Assembly (NCBI GenBank): GCA_034521595.1
Contig: JAXHMG010000002.1
Location: 205,340 to 269,339, forward strand
Length of the DNA stretch: 64,000 bases
Direction: 5' to 3'
DNA from: Gemmatimonadota bacterium
GTDB lineage: Bacteria; Gemmatimonadota; Gemmatimonadetes; Longimicrobiales; Gaopeijiaceae
The notes under the pieces are model-generated. The model made no database searches, was not told the origin of the DNA, and saw only the letters and a program-made list of their open reading frames with translations. The stretch's first letter is position 1; every line of letters starts with the position of its first letter. This document shows, piece after piece, positions 48,656 through 57,856 of this stretch. The translations under genes were made by a program, and so were the position numbers.

Positions 48656-50185
48656 ATGGCACCAAGCGACGGCCCAACCGCTCGGTCGAACGTCGAAGCG
48701 CGGTACAAGGTCCTCCTCGAGGCCGGACGCATCCTCACCTCGACGCTCAGCGTGGAGGAGCTGTACGCCGCCCTGCACGAAGAGACGGCCAAGGTCCTCA
48801 GCGCCGACAACTTCAGCGTCTCGCTCTACGACCAGGGCCGGGATCTCGAACGGGTGGTGTTCCGGGTCCAGGACGGTGCGCCTCAGGACGTCGACCTCGA
48901 ATTTCGTGGCTCCGACTCCGAGGTCATCCGGTCCAATCACGGCGTGCTGGTGGAGGACGACGCCGAGAAGCTGACGGCGCTCGCACGGATCGAGGGAGGC
49001 GAGCGCGCGTGCCGGTCCGGCATCGCCGCGCCGCTCGCGCACCACGGCCGGGTCATCGGCGCGGTGAGCGTCTGCAGCCCCGAGCCCGACGCCTACACCT
49101 CGGACGACCTCGCGCTGCTCCAGGGCATCGCGGACGTGGCCGCCATCGCCATCGACAACGCGCTCCAGTTCGAGGAGATCGAGCGGCGGCGCAAGGAGGC
49201 CGAGCGCATCGAGGAGATCGGCCGGGTGCTCACCAGCGAGCGCGATCCGAACGAGGTCCTCGGGCGGGTCGTGGAGGCCGTGCTCGACGTGCTCGACGTG
49301 GACGGCGCCGCCGTCTGGCAACGCCGGGGGCGCGAGGACGCGTCCGGGCGTATCACGGACTCCGGGGGCGACATCGTCATTCCCGTGGGGACGCCCTGGG
49401 AGCTCGCCGACGAGCTCGAAGAAGCGCTCATCGCCGGCCGGCGGCCCGCCATCGTCGACGACATCGCCGCGAGCCGGCTGATCCCCGAGCACCTGCGGGA
49501 GCACCTCAACGGAGGCTCGGGCATCGCCGTGCCCATCGTCGTGGAGGACGAAGTCGTCGGGGCGCTCGTGGCGGGAAGCCGGCAGCCGCGAGACTTCGGC
49601 GCCGAGGAGAGCGCCGTGCTCCAGCGGTTGGCCCGGCAGGCTTCGGTCGCGCTCGAGAACGCCCGACTCCACGAGACACTCCGAGCGCTCTCGCTCACCG
49701 ATCCCCTCACGGGCCTCCCCAACCGCCGGCGCCTGCAGCTCCACCTCGAGCAGGAGGTCGCCGCGGCTCGGCGAGGCCGTCCGCTCACGGTGGTCGTCTT
49801 CGACATCGACAACTTCAAGAGGGTCAACGACGCCGAAGGGCACCTCGTGGGCGACGATATCCTGCGCTCCTTCGCCCACGTGCTCGTCGAGGAAAACCGG
49901 GCCATGAACCTGGTCGGCCGCTACGGAGGCGACGAATTCGTCTCGGTCCTCTCGGACAGTGATCGTGAAGGGGCCAAGCAGTACCTGGCCCGCGTGCAGG
50001 ACCGACTCGAGAGCCACGCCCAGCTCGCCCCTCACGACGTCTCGGTGAGCATGGGCATCGCGGAGTTCGATTCCGAGGAGATGCAATCGGTCGAAGAGCT
50101 CTTGAGCGTCGCCGATCTCGATATGTATCGCATCAAGGCCGAGCGTCGGGCCCAGCGCGCATCCGGGACCGGCACGAAGGCCTGA
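48656..50185 (+). CDS. GAF-GAF-GGDEF diguanylate cyclase
   Basis: Two GAF domains (AIAIDNA, VALENARL), DPLTGLPNRR, DIDNFKRVND and RYGGDEF. Confidence 0.92.
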   Translation: MAPSDGPTARSNVEARYKVLLEAGRILTSTLSVEELYAALHEETAKVLSADNFSVSLYDQGRDLERVVFRVQDGAPQDVDLEFRGSDSEVIRSNHGVLVEDDAEKLTALARIEGGERACRSGIAAPLAHHGRVIGAVSVCSPEPDAYTSDDLALLQGIADVAAIAIDNALQFEEIERRRKEAERIEEIGRVLTSERDPNEVLGRVVEAVLDVLDVDGAAVWQRRGREDASGRITDSGGDIVIPVGTPWELADELEEALIAGRRPAIVDDIAASRLIPEHLREHLNGGSGIAVPIVVEDEVVGALVAGSRQPRDFGAEESAVLQRLARQASVALENARLHETLRALSLTDPLTGLPNRRRLQLHLEQEVAAARRGRPLTVVVFDIDNFKRVNDAEGHLVGDDILRSFAHVLVEENRAMNLVGRYGGDEFVSVLSDSDREGAKQYLARVQDRLESHAQLAPHDVSVSMGIAEFDSEEMQSVEELLSVADLDMYRIKAERRAQRASGTGTKA

Positions 50186-50249
50186 TCCGCAGCACCCCGA
50201 ACGTTCGACCTACTCCATTTCGCTACAAATCCTGGGGGCACCACCCGAC

Positions 50250-51038
50250 ATGACCGCTTCCGCCGCTGGCACCGAAACCCGTGAGCTCCTCGACTTCGCC
50301 ACCACTTTGGCCCGCGAGGCCGGGGACCTCACCCTCCACTACTTCGGCACCGTCGTCGAGCACGACGCGAAGGGCGACGGCTCGCCCGTGACCATCGCCG
50401 ACACCGAGGCCGAGCGGCTCATCCGCGCTCGCGTGGAAGAGCGCTACCCCGAGCACTCCATCCTCGGCGAGGAGTACGGCGAGTCGAACGAGGGCGCGCG
50501 CGTGCGCTGGATCCTCGACCCCGTCGACGCCACCCGCTCCTTCATGCGGGGCGTGCCGCTCTACGGCGTGCTCATCGGCATCGAGGTGGACGGCGAGCCT
50601 GCGGTCGGCGTCGCGCACTTCCCGCCGCTCCGCGAGACCGTCGCCGCCGGAAAAGGACTCGGCTGCACCCTGAACGGGGAGCCGTGCAAGGTTTCGGACG
50701 TCGACCGGATCGAGCAGTCCGTGGTCTGCACCACGGACGTGGAGCGCATCCTCTCGCGTCCCCAGGGACCGGGCTGGCGGCGCATCCAACAGAAAGCCGC
50801 TTTCTCCCGGACGTGGGGCGACTGCTACGGGCACGCCCTCGTCGCGACCGGGCGCATCGAGGCGCAGGTGGATCCGGTCATGGCCTCCTGGGACGCGGGA
50901 CCCTTCCTCACCATCGCGACCGAGGCGGGGGGACGCTTCACCACGCTCGAGGGCGAGGAGACGCTTCACGGCGGCTCCGGCGTGAGCTCCAACGGGCGCA
51001 TCCACGACTACGTGCTCGAAGAGTTGGCGAAGGGCTGA
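50250..51038 (+). CDS. Inositol monophosphatase family protein (HisN-like histidinol-phosphatase)
   Basis: SPVTIAD, GEE, WILDPVDATRSF, WGDCYG and WD motifs. Confidence 0.85.
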   Translation: MTASAAGTETRELLDFATTLAREAGDLTLHYFGTVVEHDAKGDGSPVTIADTEAERLIRARVEERYPEHSILGEEYGESNEGARVRWILDPVDATRSFMRGVPLYGVLIGIEVDGEPAVGVAHFPPLRETVAAGKGLGCTLNGEPCKVSDVDRIEQSVVCTTDVERILSRPQGPGWRRIQQKAAFSRTWGDCYGHALVATGRIEAQVDPVMASWDAGPFLTIATEAGGRFTTLEGEETLHGGSGVSSNGRIHDYVLEELAKG

Positions 51039-51100
51039 GCCGGGCTCTAGATTGCGAAATCTCGAACCGATCGCATCCCATCCCTCCGAGGAATCGATCC

Positions 51101-51550
51101 GTGGGCGACAGCGAAGCCAGTAGCGCGGGCGATGCGCCCGAGCCGCGCCGGGGCACCGTCTTCTTCGTCGATGACGACGACCGCCTACGCACGGTCACCT
51201 GCCGGCTCCTCAAGGCCCGCGGATTCGAGGTGCTCGAGGCCGAGTCGGCCGAGCGCGCCCTCGACGTGCTCGAAAAGTACGAGGATGACATCCACGTCGT
51301 GCTCATGGACATCAACCTGCCGGACGGGTGGGGCGCTTCGGTCGCGCAGCGCCTCCGCGACGTCCGCCCGAACATGGCCGTGGTCTTCACGACCGGCTAC
51401 GCCGACGTCGACCCCATCCTGGCCAGCGCGCTCAACGACGCCGAGTTCGTGGTGAAGAAGCCCTTCTCGACCGAGCAGCTCGTGGAGATCCTGGAGCGGG
51501 CGATCGGGGGGGAGAGCGAAGAGAGCCCCGGCGACACGCAGGCAGTGTAG
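51101..51550 (+). CDS. Single-domain response regulator (receiver)
   Basis: VDDD, LMDINLP, TTGY and KKPF motifs. Confidence 0.88.
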   Translation: MGDSEASSAGDAPEPRRGTVFFVDDDDRLRTVTCRLLKARGFEVLEAESAERALDVLEKYEDDIHVVLMDINLPDGWGASVAQRLRDVRPNMAVVFTTGYADVDPILASALNDAEFVVKKPFSTEQLVEILERAIGGESEESPGDTQAV

Positions 51551-52330
51551 CTACCGGCGGCCGATCAGCACCGCGAGCAGCGCACCCGGAACCGCGCCCA
51601 ACATCACCCGCCCGATCGTGCCCCACACACTGCTCGTCTCTTCGGGCAGCACGATCTGGTCGCCTGCCTGGAGGTTGAGCTGGTCGAGGGTGCGCCCCTC
51701 GCGCATCGCTTCCCGGAGCTGATCACCTCCGATGAGGCGCTCCGAGCCGCGCTCGATGCGCAGCGATTCGAGGTCGGCCGAGCCCCCCGGCCCTCCCGCG
51801 ACCATCAGGGCATCGGTCACCAGGCTCTCGGCGGGCACCACGTAGAAGCCGGGCGAGCCGACCTGGCCCTGGATCGACAGCCGCATGAGCCCCTGGGCGC
51901 GCACCACCGGATCCCGGATGAACTCGCCCAGCTCACGTGTCAGATGCTCCTCGATCTCCGAGCGCAGGACGCCGTCCAGCGGGATCTCGCCGAACAAGGG
52001 CAGCACGATCTTCGGGCCGGACTCCACGGCGACGGTGTCGGGGAGCTGCGGCTCGCCCTGCACGGAGAGCACGATCCGGTCGCCCACGCGGAAATCACCG
52101 TTGCGGAGACGCGCGCGGACCCGCTCGATGCTGCTGCTCGCCTCCCGCTTCACGCGGTCGGAGTACGCAGGGGACGCCAGCACCTCGTCATAGAACTCGA
52201 CGAGCCGCTCGAGGTCCGCGCGGGTGCGCACGGAGTTCCCGGGATCCGTCTCCAAGAGGGTCTGGGCGACGCCGACGGAAGGAAGCGTCAGCAGGCCGAG
52301 CACGGCTACCGCTAGCAATATGTTCCGCAT
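51551..52330 (-). CDS. Polysaccharide export protein (Wza/OPX-like, Poly_export + SLBB)
   Basis: FRVGDRI, LPLFGEI, GQVGSPGFY, AGG and LQAGD motifs, plus a signal peptide and hydrophobic C-terminal helix. Confidence 0.82.
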   Translation of the reverse strand: MRNILLAVAVLGLLTLPSVGVAQTLLETDPGNSVRTRADLERLVEFYDEVLASPAYSDRVKREASSSIERVRARLRNGDFRVGDRIVLSVQGEPQLPDTVAVESGPKIVLPLFGEIPLDGVLRSEIEEHLTRELGEFIRDPVVRAQGLMRLSIQGQVGSPGFYVVPAESLVTDALMVAGGPGGSADLESLRIERGSERLIGGDQLREAMREGRTLDQLNLQAGDQIVLPEETSSVWGTIGRVMLGAVPGALLAVLIGRR

Positions 52331-52344
52331 ATCCTCAAACTAGA

Positions 52345-52361
52345 TGCAAGGGTCGGGCCCG
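52345..52361 (-). promoter_or_regulatory. Candidate sigma-54 (-24/-12) promoter of the wza-like gene
   Basis: CGGGCCCGACCCTTGCA (GG-N10-GC) versus consensus YTGGCACG-N4-TTGCW. It would give a very short leader. Confidence 0.45.
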
Positions 52362-52584
52362 TACACGGGGCCTCCGAGTCCGGAAAATTCATGGCACCAC
52401 CGCCACACCTTGCAGACACGCCCACCACACCCTCTGTTCCCCCGCTGACCAGTCCGTTCGGCGGCGTGTCGCAGTCGTTCGCGACGGGCTGCCGCACCCC
52501 CCAAAGCCAAGCACGTTTCTTGCACGTTTGGGGGCTTTGCTTCCACACGCTCATTACGCATTCATCCCGATAGAACGCCACCGC

Positions 52585-53523
52585 ATGGACAACGCTTCCG
52601 ACTTCACACCGCTCGTGCTGCTGGTCGACGACCAGGAATGGACCTCCCGGTCCATCGAGAGCATCCTGCGCCCGAAGGGCCACGTCGTGCTCAAGGCCTA
52701 CACGGGGCAACAAGCGCTCGAGTTGGTCACGAAGGTGAACCCCGACGTCGTCATGGTGGATGTGCACCTTCCGGACGTCGACGGCATCGATCTGGTGCGT
52801 AGGCTGCGGGAATCACCGACCATACAACCCACCACGCCGATCCTGATGGTCACGGCGAGCAACGTGGGTAAGGCCGCGCGCCTCGAAGCGCTCGGCGTCG
52901 GTGCGTGGGACATCCTCACGCACCCCGTCGACCCCAGCGAGCTAGTGCTGCGCATGGAGACGTTCGTGCGCGCCAAGCAGGAAGCCGACCGCAACCGTGA
53001 CGAAGGGCTCATGGATCCGGGCACCGGCTTCTACAACGTCCGGGGCGTCCTGCAACGCGCCAAGGAGATCGGCGCGGACGCGGTGCGCTTCCATCGACCC
53101 ATGGCGTGCGTGGCGCTGGGTCCGCACATGCTGGGTGGAGCGGGCGAGGACCAATCGGCCGCGGAAGCTCTGGTGGACGAGATCACCGAGCGGGTCGCGG
53201 GCGCGCTTCGTTCGGTCACGCGCATCTCCGACACCATCGGCCGGCTCGGGCCGGGCGAGTTCGTGGTCGTCGCGCCCGGCACCGACCAGAGCGGCGCGCT
53301 CCGGCTGGCGGACCGCGTCATGGAAGCGGTCGAGCAGTTCGCCGCCGAGCAGGGGATCGAGCCCTCGGAGCTGGCGGACCTCAAGCAGCTTCGCGCCGGA
53401 TTCTACGCCGTGGGAGGCGATGAGCCCCTCACCCCGGAGGACCTGCTCCTCAAGGCGACCATGGCGCTACGGCGCGCCCAGGCCGACGACGACAGCTTCC
53501 GGGTACGGGCCTACGAGGCGTAA
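52585..53523 (+). CDS. Response regulator with a degenerate GGDEF domain (REC + GPGEF, intact RxxD I-site)
   Basis: LVDDQ and MVDVHLP receiver motifs, DPGTGFYN and RISD-TIGRL-GPGEF. Confidence 0.85.
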   Translation: MDNASDFTPLVLLVDDQEWTSRSIESILRPKGHVVLKAYTGQQALELVTKVNPDVVMVDVHLPDVDGIDLVRRLRESPTIQPTTPILMVTASNVGKAARLEALGVGAWDILTHPVDPSELVLRMETFVRAKQEADRNRDEGLMDPGTGFYNVRGVLQRAKEIGADAVRFHRPMACVALGPHMLGGAGEDQSAAEALVDEITERVAGALRSVTRISDTIGRLGPGEFVVVAPGTDQSGALRLADRVMEAVEQFAAEQGIEPSELADLKQLRAGFYAVGGDEPLTPEDLLLKATMALRRAQADDDSFRVRAYEA

Positions 53524-53547
53524 CGGCCGAGCATCCTCGGCACGCCG

Positions 53548-56019
53548 CTACCCCTTCTTCCGCTCCCCACCCGACAGGAGCTGGACGCTCTCCTCGTCGT
53601 CCTCCTCGGGAATCGGCTGGTAGTCGGGCAGGTAGGTCGTGTAGTAGTACGCGTCGTATCCCTTCGTCGGATCGACGTCGTTCAGGATCGCGCCGAGCAC
53701 CCGGATCGGGAGTCGCTGGATCTGCTCCAGCTTCGCGTGCGTGAGCTGCTTGTCGGTAGCCCCCGTCCGAAGCACGAGCGCCAGGTTCCCGACGAGCGAC
53801 GACAGGATCACCGCATCCCCCCCGGCGGCGAGGGGTGGGGAATCGACGATGATCACGTCGTAGGACCGCTTGAGGGTCCCCAGGAAGTGAGCGAGCCGGT
53901 TCGAGGCCAGCAGCTCGGGCGTCGACGAGCCGCGCGACCCGCTCCCGATGAAGTCCAGGTGCTCGATGTCGGTCGACTGGATGATGTCGTGGCCCGTCCG
54001 CTCGCGCAGGTAGTCCACGAGCCCCGGAGCCCGGTCGCGTCCCAGCAGCCGGTGCGCGTCCCCGCGCCGGGTATCCCCGTCGATGAGCAGCGTCCTCCGG
54101 CCCACCTCGGCGAACGCGACCGCGAGGTTCGAGGACACCAACGACTTCCCCTCTCCTTCCGAAGGGCTGGTGACGGACAGCGTGATGGGTCCGGCCGAGC
54201 CGTACGCGAAGCCGAGATGGATGCGGAGCTCCCGGAAGGCTTCGAGCGCCTGAGCCGTGTTCAGCGCCCCCTTCCGACGCCCCGCCGTCTGGATGCGCGG
54301 AATGCTGCCCAGGATCTCCAGCCCGAACTCGCCGGTGACGTCCGACGCGTAGCGGAAGCGTGCGTCCATGCGGTCCATGAGGAGTGCCCCACCCATGGCG
54401 CTCCCCACACAAGCCAGGAAGACGAGGGCTGCGAGGTTCCGTCGGTTGTCACCGCTCGGAAACTCGGGCACCGTCGCCCGGTCGAGAACACGCACGTCCG
54501 GAATCGAGCTCGCCGCAGCGAGGCGCGCGGTCTCCACACGGCTCCGGAGCTCGTTGTAGAGGGTCTCGGTGATCTGGACGCGGCGCCGGCGCCGGCCTTC
54601 CTCGATGGTCCGGGGCGGGATCTCGCTCAGCTCCGCGCCGGCCGAATCGATCCGGGTCTGGATCTGGTTCTCGCGCGCGGTGATCTGCTGCAGCAGCCCC
54701 CGCGCCACCTCCGGAATGCTCTCGGTCTCCAGCGTGTTGATCCGGTCCAAGAGGTCCTGGACCGGCGGAAACTCGTCCGAGTATCGCTCCCTCAGGGCCC
54801 GTAGCTCGGAGCGCGCCTCGACGAGCTCGGTGAGCAACACCCCGAGCTCCGACGAGCTGGTCACGGACGGGATGGCTTCCAACGCCTCGATGCGGACGCC
54901 TTCGGTCTCGAACGATTCGACCACTTCCTCGAGGCGCTGCCGGTCGCGGCGCACCGTCTCGAGCTCGACCTGCATGTCGAAGAAGTTGCTGAAGACCGGG
55001 TCGCGCGTCTGCTCGAGCCCCGGCGAGATCGGCGTCGCCTGGTCCGAGGGCAGCGTGATGGTGTTGACGCGGTACTCCTCGAGGTCCTGCTCCGCCTGCG
55101 CGAGCTCTTCCTCGGTGTAGCCGAGCTGCTCTTCGAGAATCGCGACCGACTCCTCGAGGCGGCTGCTCTTGAGCTCGGCCGCCAGCGCCACGTGCCGCTC
55201 CATGAGCGAGTTGAGGACGCTCGTGATCTTCTCGGGATCCTCGCCCGGGAGGGACAGCCGCAGGAAGTTGCCCTGTTGGTCAATCGACGTGATGAGCCGC
55301 TCGGAGAGCCGCTGTCCCGCGTCCCGGGGGCGCAGGATCTGGAACTCGACCTCCGCCTCCGGCGGGAAGCTCCCGGCCTCCGGCTGCCACTCGAACCCGA
55401 CGTCCGCTCCCACCGGCCCTCCGAGCTCACCGCGCTGCACGACCGAGCCTTCGGACGTCGAGAGCGTGAAGCTGTTGCCGTCCGAGCCCACTTCGAGCGT
55501 GTATCGTCCCGGCCGGAAGTCGTCCGCGAGTGTGAGCGAACCGAACGCCTCCTCGTGTTGCCGCGGCGCGTTCACGTAGAGTCCCTCCCGGACGGCCACG
55601 GTATCCAGGACGGAGTACGAGCGCAGCAGCTCGATCCAGGCGTCCGCCTCCAGCAGGCCGCTGGCCCGGATCGGAGTGACGTCTCCGGTGTTTCCCCGCT
55701 CGGGCTGCACCTCCAGCCAGAGGCTCCCTTCGGCCGTGTAGGTGACGGGCGTCATCCGCCACGCCACGGCGCCGCCGATCACACCGATCACGGCCGCGGC
55801 GAGCACCCACCACTTGTAGCGGAGCACCGCATACAGGTAGCGGCGGATGTCGATGCCGCCCCCCTCGTCCTCCATCTCCCCGTAATACGGTGGAGGGGGA
55901 GGAGGACCGTAGCCCGGCGGGCCCAGGCCTCCCGACTCGGGCGCAGGGGTGATATCCGACCCCGGAGGGTTCACGGCCCCGTCTCCCTCGGGAGAATGGG
56001 TCAGATTGTCGTCAGCCAT
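53548..56019 (-). CDS. wzc: Polysaccharide co-polymerase/tyrosine autokinase (Wzc-like)
   Basis: Two TM segments flanking a periplasmic coiled coil, SPSEGEGKS, LIDGD, IVDSPP and a C-terminal Tyr cluster GYDAYYYTTY. Confidence 0.9.
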   Translation of the reverse strand: MADDNLTHSPEGDGAVNPPGSDITPAPESGGLGPPGYGPPPPPPYYGEMEDEGGGIDIRRYLYAVLRYKWWVLAAAVIGVIGGAVAWRMTPVTYTAEGSLWLEVQPERGNTGDVTPIRASGLLEADAWIELLRSYSVLDTVAVREGLYVNAPRQHEEAFGSLTLADDFRPGRYTLEVGSDGNSFTLSTSEGSVVQRGELGGPVGADVGFEWQPEAGSFPPEAEVEFQILRPRDAGQRLSERLITSIDQQGNFLRLSLPGEDPEKITSVLNSLMERHVALAAELKSSRLEESVAILEEQLGYTEEELAQAEQDLEEYRVNTITLPSDQATPISPGLEQTRDPVFSNFFDMQVELETVRRDRQRLEEVVESFETEGVRIEALEAIPSVTSSSELGVLLTELVEARSELRALRERYSDEFPPVQDLLDRINTLETESIPEVARGLLQQITARENQIQTRIDSAGAELSEIPPRTIEEGRRRRRVQITETLYNELRSRVETARLAAASSIPDVRVLDRATVPEFPSGDNRRNLAALVFLACVGSAMGGALLMDRMDARFRYASDVTGEFGLEILGSIPRIQTAGRRKGALNTAQALEAFRELRIHLGFAYGSAGPITLSVTSPSEGEGKSLVSSNLAVAFAEVGRRTLLIDGDTRRGDAHRLLGRDRAPGLVDYLRERTGHDIIQSTDIEHLDFIGSGSRGSSTPELLASNRLAHFLGTLKRSYDVIIVDSPPLAAGGDAVILSSLVGNLALVLRTGATDKQLTHAKLEQIQRLPIRVLGAILNDVDPTKGYDAYYYTTYLPDYQPIPEEDDEESVQLLSGGERKKG

Positions 56020-56086
56020 GCGCCTGAACCTCTGAAGGAGCGACGTCCGCGCGCGTTCGTGGAGTCATGATCCGAACATCCCACTC

Positions 56087-56103
56087 GGCAAGCTCCACGC
56101 CAC
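56087..56103 (-). promoter_or_regulatory. Candidate sigma-54 (-24/-12) promoter of wzc
   Basis: GTGGCGTGGAGCTTGCC (TGGC-N7-TTGC). Confidence 0.55.
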
Positions 56104-56145
56104 GCCGTACAGCGCGGCAAGTTCCGGGTTCCGCCGGTGTCGATG

Positions 56146-56163
56146 TGTGGCAAGATAAACACA
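56146..56163. promoter_or_regulatory. Candidate enhancer-binding-protein site (TGT-N12-ACA)
   Basis: TGTGGCAAGATAAACACA, with related boxes at 59036, 59056 and 52390. Confidence 0.45.
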
Positions 56164-56281
56164 TGTAGCACCGATGAAGCGGTCGCGTCCACACCCGACC
56201 CTTGTACGAACGCAACACTCGACGAAGATTGAAGGCCTGAACCCTCCCCAACCCGCCGACCTACAAGGCGTCACCCCCCCG

Positions 56282-57856
56282 ATGCAGCAACGACACACAT
56301 ACCCCGGCGGCCAGGCTCCCGCTCCCTCCAGTCCCGATCTGGAGTTGGTGGCGGTCGATCCCGAGGTACGTAAGTCGATCGAGGTGCTCGTGGTCGATGA
56401 CGAGCATTCCCTGCGGGAGAGCTGTGCCTCGCTGCTGCGGAGCGAAGGGTTCGAGGTGACGGTGACCGGACGCGGAGACGAAGCGCTGCGCATGGTCAAG
56501 AACCGGCACTTCGACATCGCGCTCTTCGACCTCTACATGTCACAGGTCTCCGGGCTGGAGTTGATGGAGGCCACGCTCGAGGTCAACCCGGACACGATCG
56601 TCATCGTCATGACCGGGAACCCCACCGTGGAGTCCAGCGTGACGTCGCTCCGCGCCGGGGCCTGGGATTACCTGCCGAAGCCGTTCTCGGCCACCCACTT
56701 CGAGATCCTGGTGGGGCGCGCGGCCCACGCCGTGGTCGTCGCGAGGGAGAGCCGCAAGGACGAGAGCCGCCGCGTGCTGGCCTCGGCGGCGGAAGAGGGC
56801 GCCGACAGCCACAGCGAGCAGGTCAAGCTCTACGGCCAGAGCGACGCGCTGCGGAAGGTCATCGGCCTTGCCGAGAAGGTGGCGCGCACCGACGCGTCGG
56901 TCTTCATCACCGGAGAGAGCGGCACCGGCAAGGAAGTCATCGCGCAGTACATCCACCTCCACAGCCGGCGACAGAGCCGCGAGATGGTGCCGGTGAACTG
57001 CGCCGCCATCCCCGAGGACCTCCTCGAGTCCGAGATGTTCGGGCACGTCGAGGGCGCCTTCACGGGCGCCGTGCGCGAGAAGGAAGGGCTGCTCGAGGTC
57101 GCCAACGGCGGCACCCTCTTCCTCGACGAGCTCACGGAGCTGCCCATGTCCACCCAGGCCAAGCTGCTCCGCGTGCTCCAGGACGGCGTGGTCCGGCGCG
57201 TGGGCTCGACCAAGACCGACGCGGTCGTGAACGTGCGGTTCATCGCCGCCACGAACCGGGACCCCATGGAGGCGATCGCGGCCGGGCACCTCCGCAAGGA
57301 CCTCCACTACAGGCTCCGGGTGGTCCCCATCGACATTCCGCCGCTCCGTGAGCGGCCGGAAGACGTGCCCGTGCTCGCACGGAAGTTCCTCGACGAGTTC
57401 TGGGCGCAGCACCGCGACGCCGGAACCGAGCCGCCGACCTTTTCCGACGACGCGCTCGCCGCGCTCCGGCGCGCGCCCTGGAAGGGCAACGTCCGGGAGC
57501 TCCGCAACGTCATCGAGCACCTGGTGGTCCTGGCCGAGCCCGGAAGCGAGGTCCAGCCGGACGACCTCGTGTTCATCGACGCCGAGCCCGAGGTCGGTGG
57601 GGACGGAGACGGGAGGGCGAGCTTCGCGGCCTCGATCATGGATCTCGACTACCATGCCGCGCGGGAACAGGTGCTGGCGCAGTTCGAGGTCGACTACCTC
57701 AAGCACGTCGTGCGTACGTCCGGTGGCAACATCTCCGACGCGGCCCGCATGGCGGGGGTCGACCGGACCACCCTCTACCGGCTCATGGAGAAGCACGGGA
57801 TGGAGCGGGACAGCCTGATGCGTGCGCTCCACGAAGCCGGCCGAATGCCCGAGTGA
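56282..57856 (+). CDS. Sigma-54-dependent response regulator (NtrC/Fis family)
   Basis: REC domain, GESGTGKE, GAFTGA, LFLDE, WKGNVREL and a Fis-type HTH (GNISDAARMAGVDRTTLYR). Confidence 0.95.
   Translation: MQQRHTYPGGQAPAPSSPDLELVAVDPEVRKSIEVLVVDDEHSLRESCASLLRSEGFEVTVTGRGDEALRMVKNRHFDIALFDLYMSQVSGLELMEATLEVNPDTIVIVMTGNPTVESSVTSLRAGAWDYLPKPFSATHFEILVGRAAHAVVVARESRKDESRRVLASAAEEGADSHSEQVKLYGQSDALRKVIGLAEKVARTDASVFITGESGTGKEVIAQYIHLHSRRQSREMVPVNCAAIPEDLLESEMFGHVEGAFTGAVREKEGLLEVANGGTLFLDELTELPMSTQAKLLRVLQDGVVRRVGSTKTDAVVNVRFIAATNRDPMEAIAAGHLRKDLHYRLRVVPIDIPPLRERPEDVPVLARKFLDEFWAQHRDAGTEPPTFSDDALAALRRAPWKGNVRELRNVIEHLVVLAEPGSEVQPDDLVFIDAEPEVGGDGDGRASFAASIMDLDYHAAREQVLAQFEVDYLKHVVRTSGGNISDAARMAGVDRTTLYRLMEKHGMERDSLMRALHEAGRMPE

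Noticed and set aside
52508-52524. CAAGCACGTTTCTTGCA as a sigma-54 promoter for the REC-GGDEF gene
   Set aside because: The -12 half is good but it has AG instead of the near-invariant GG at -24. Not called without start-site data.
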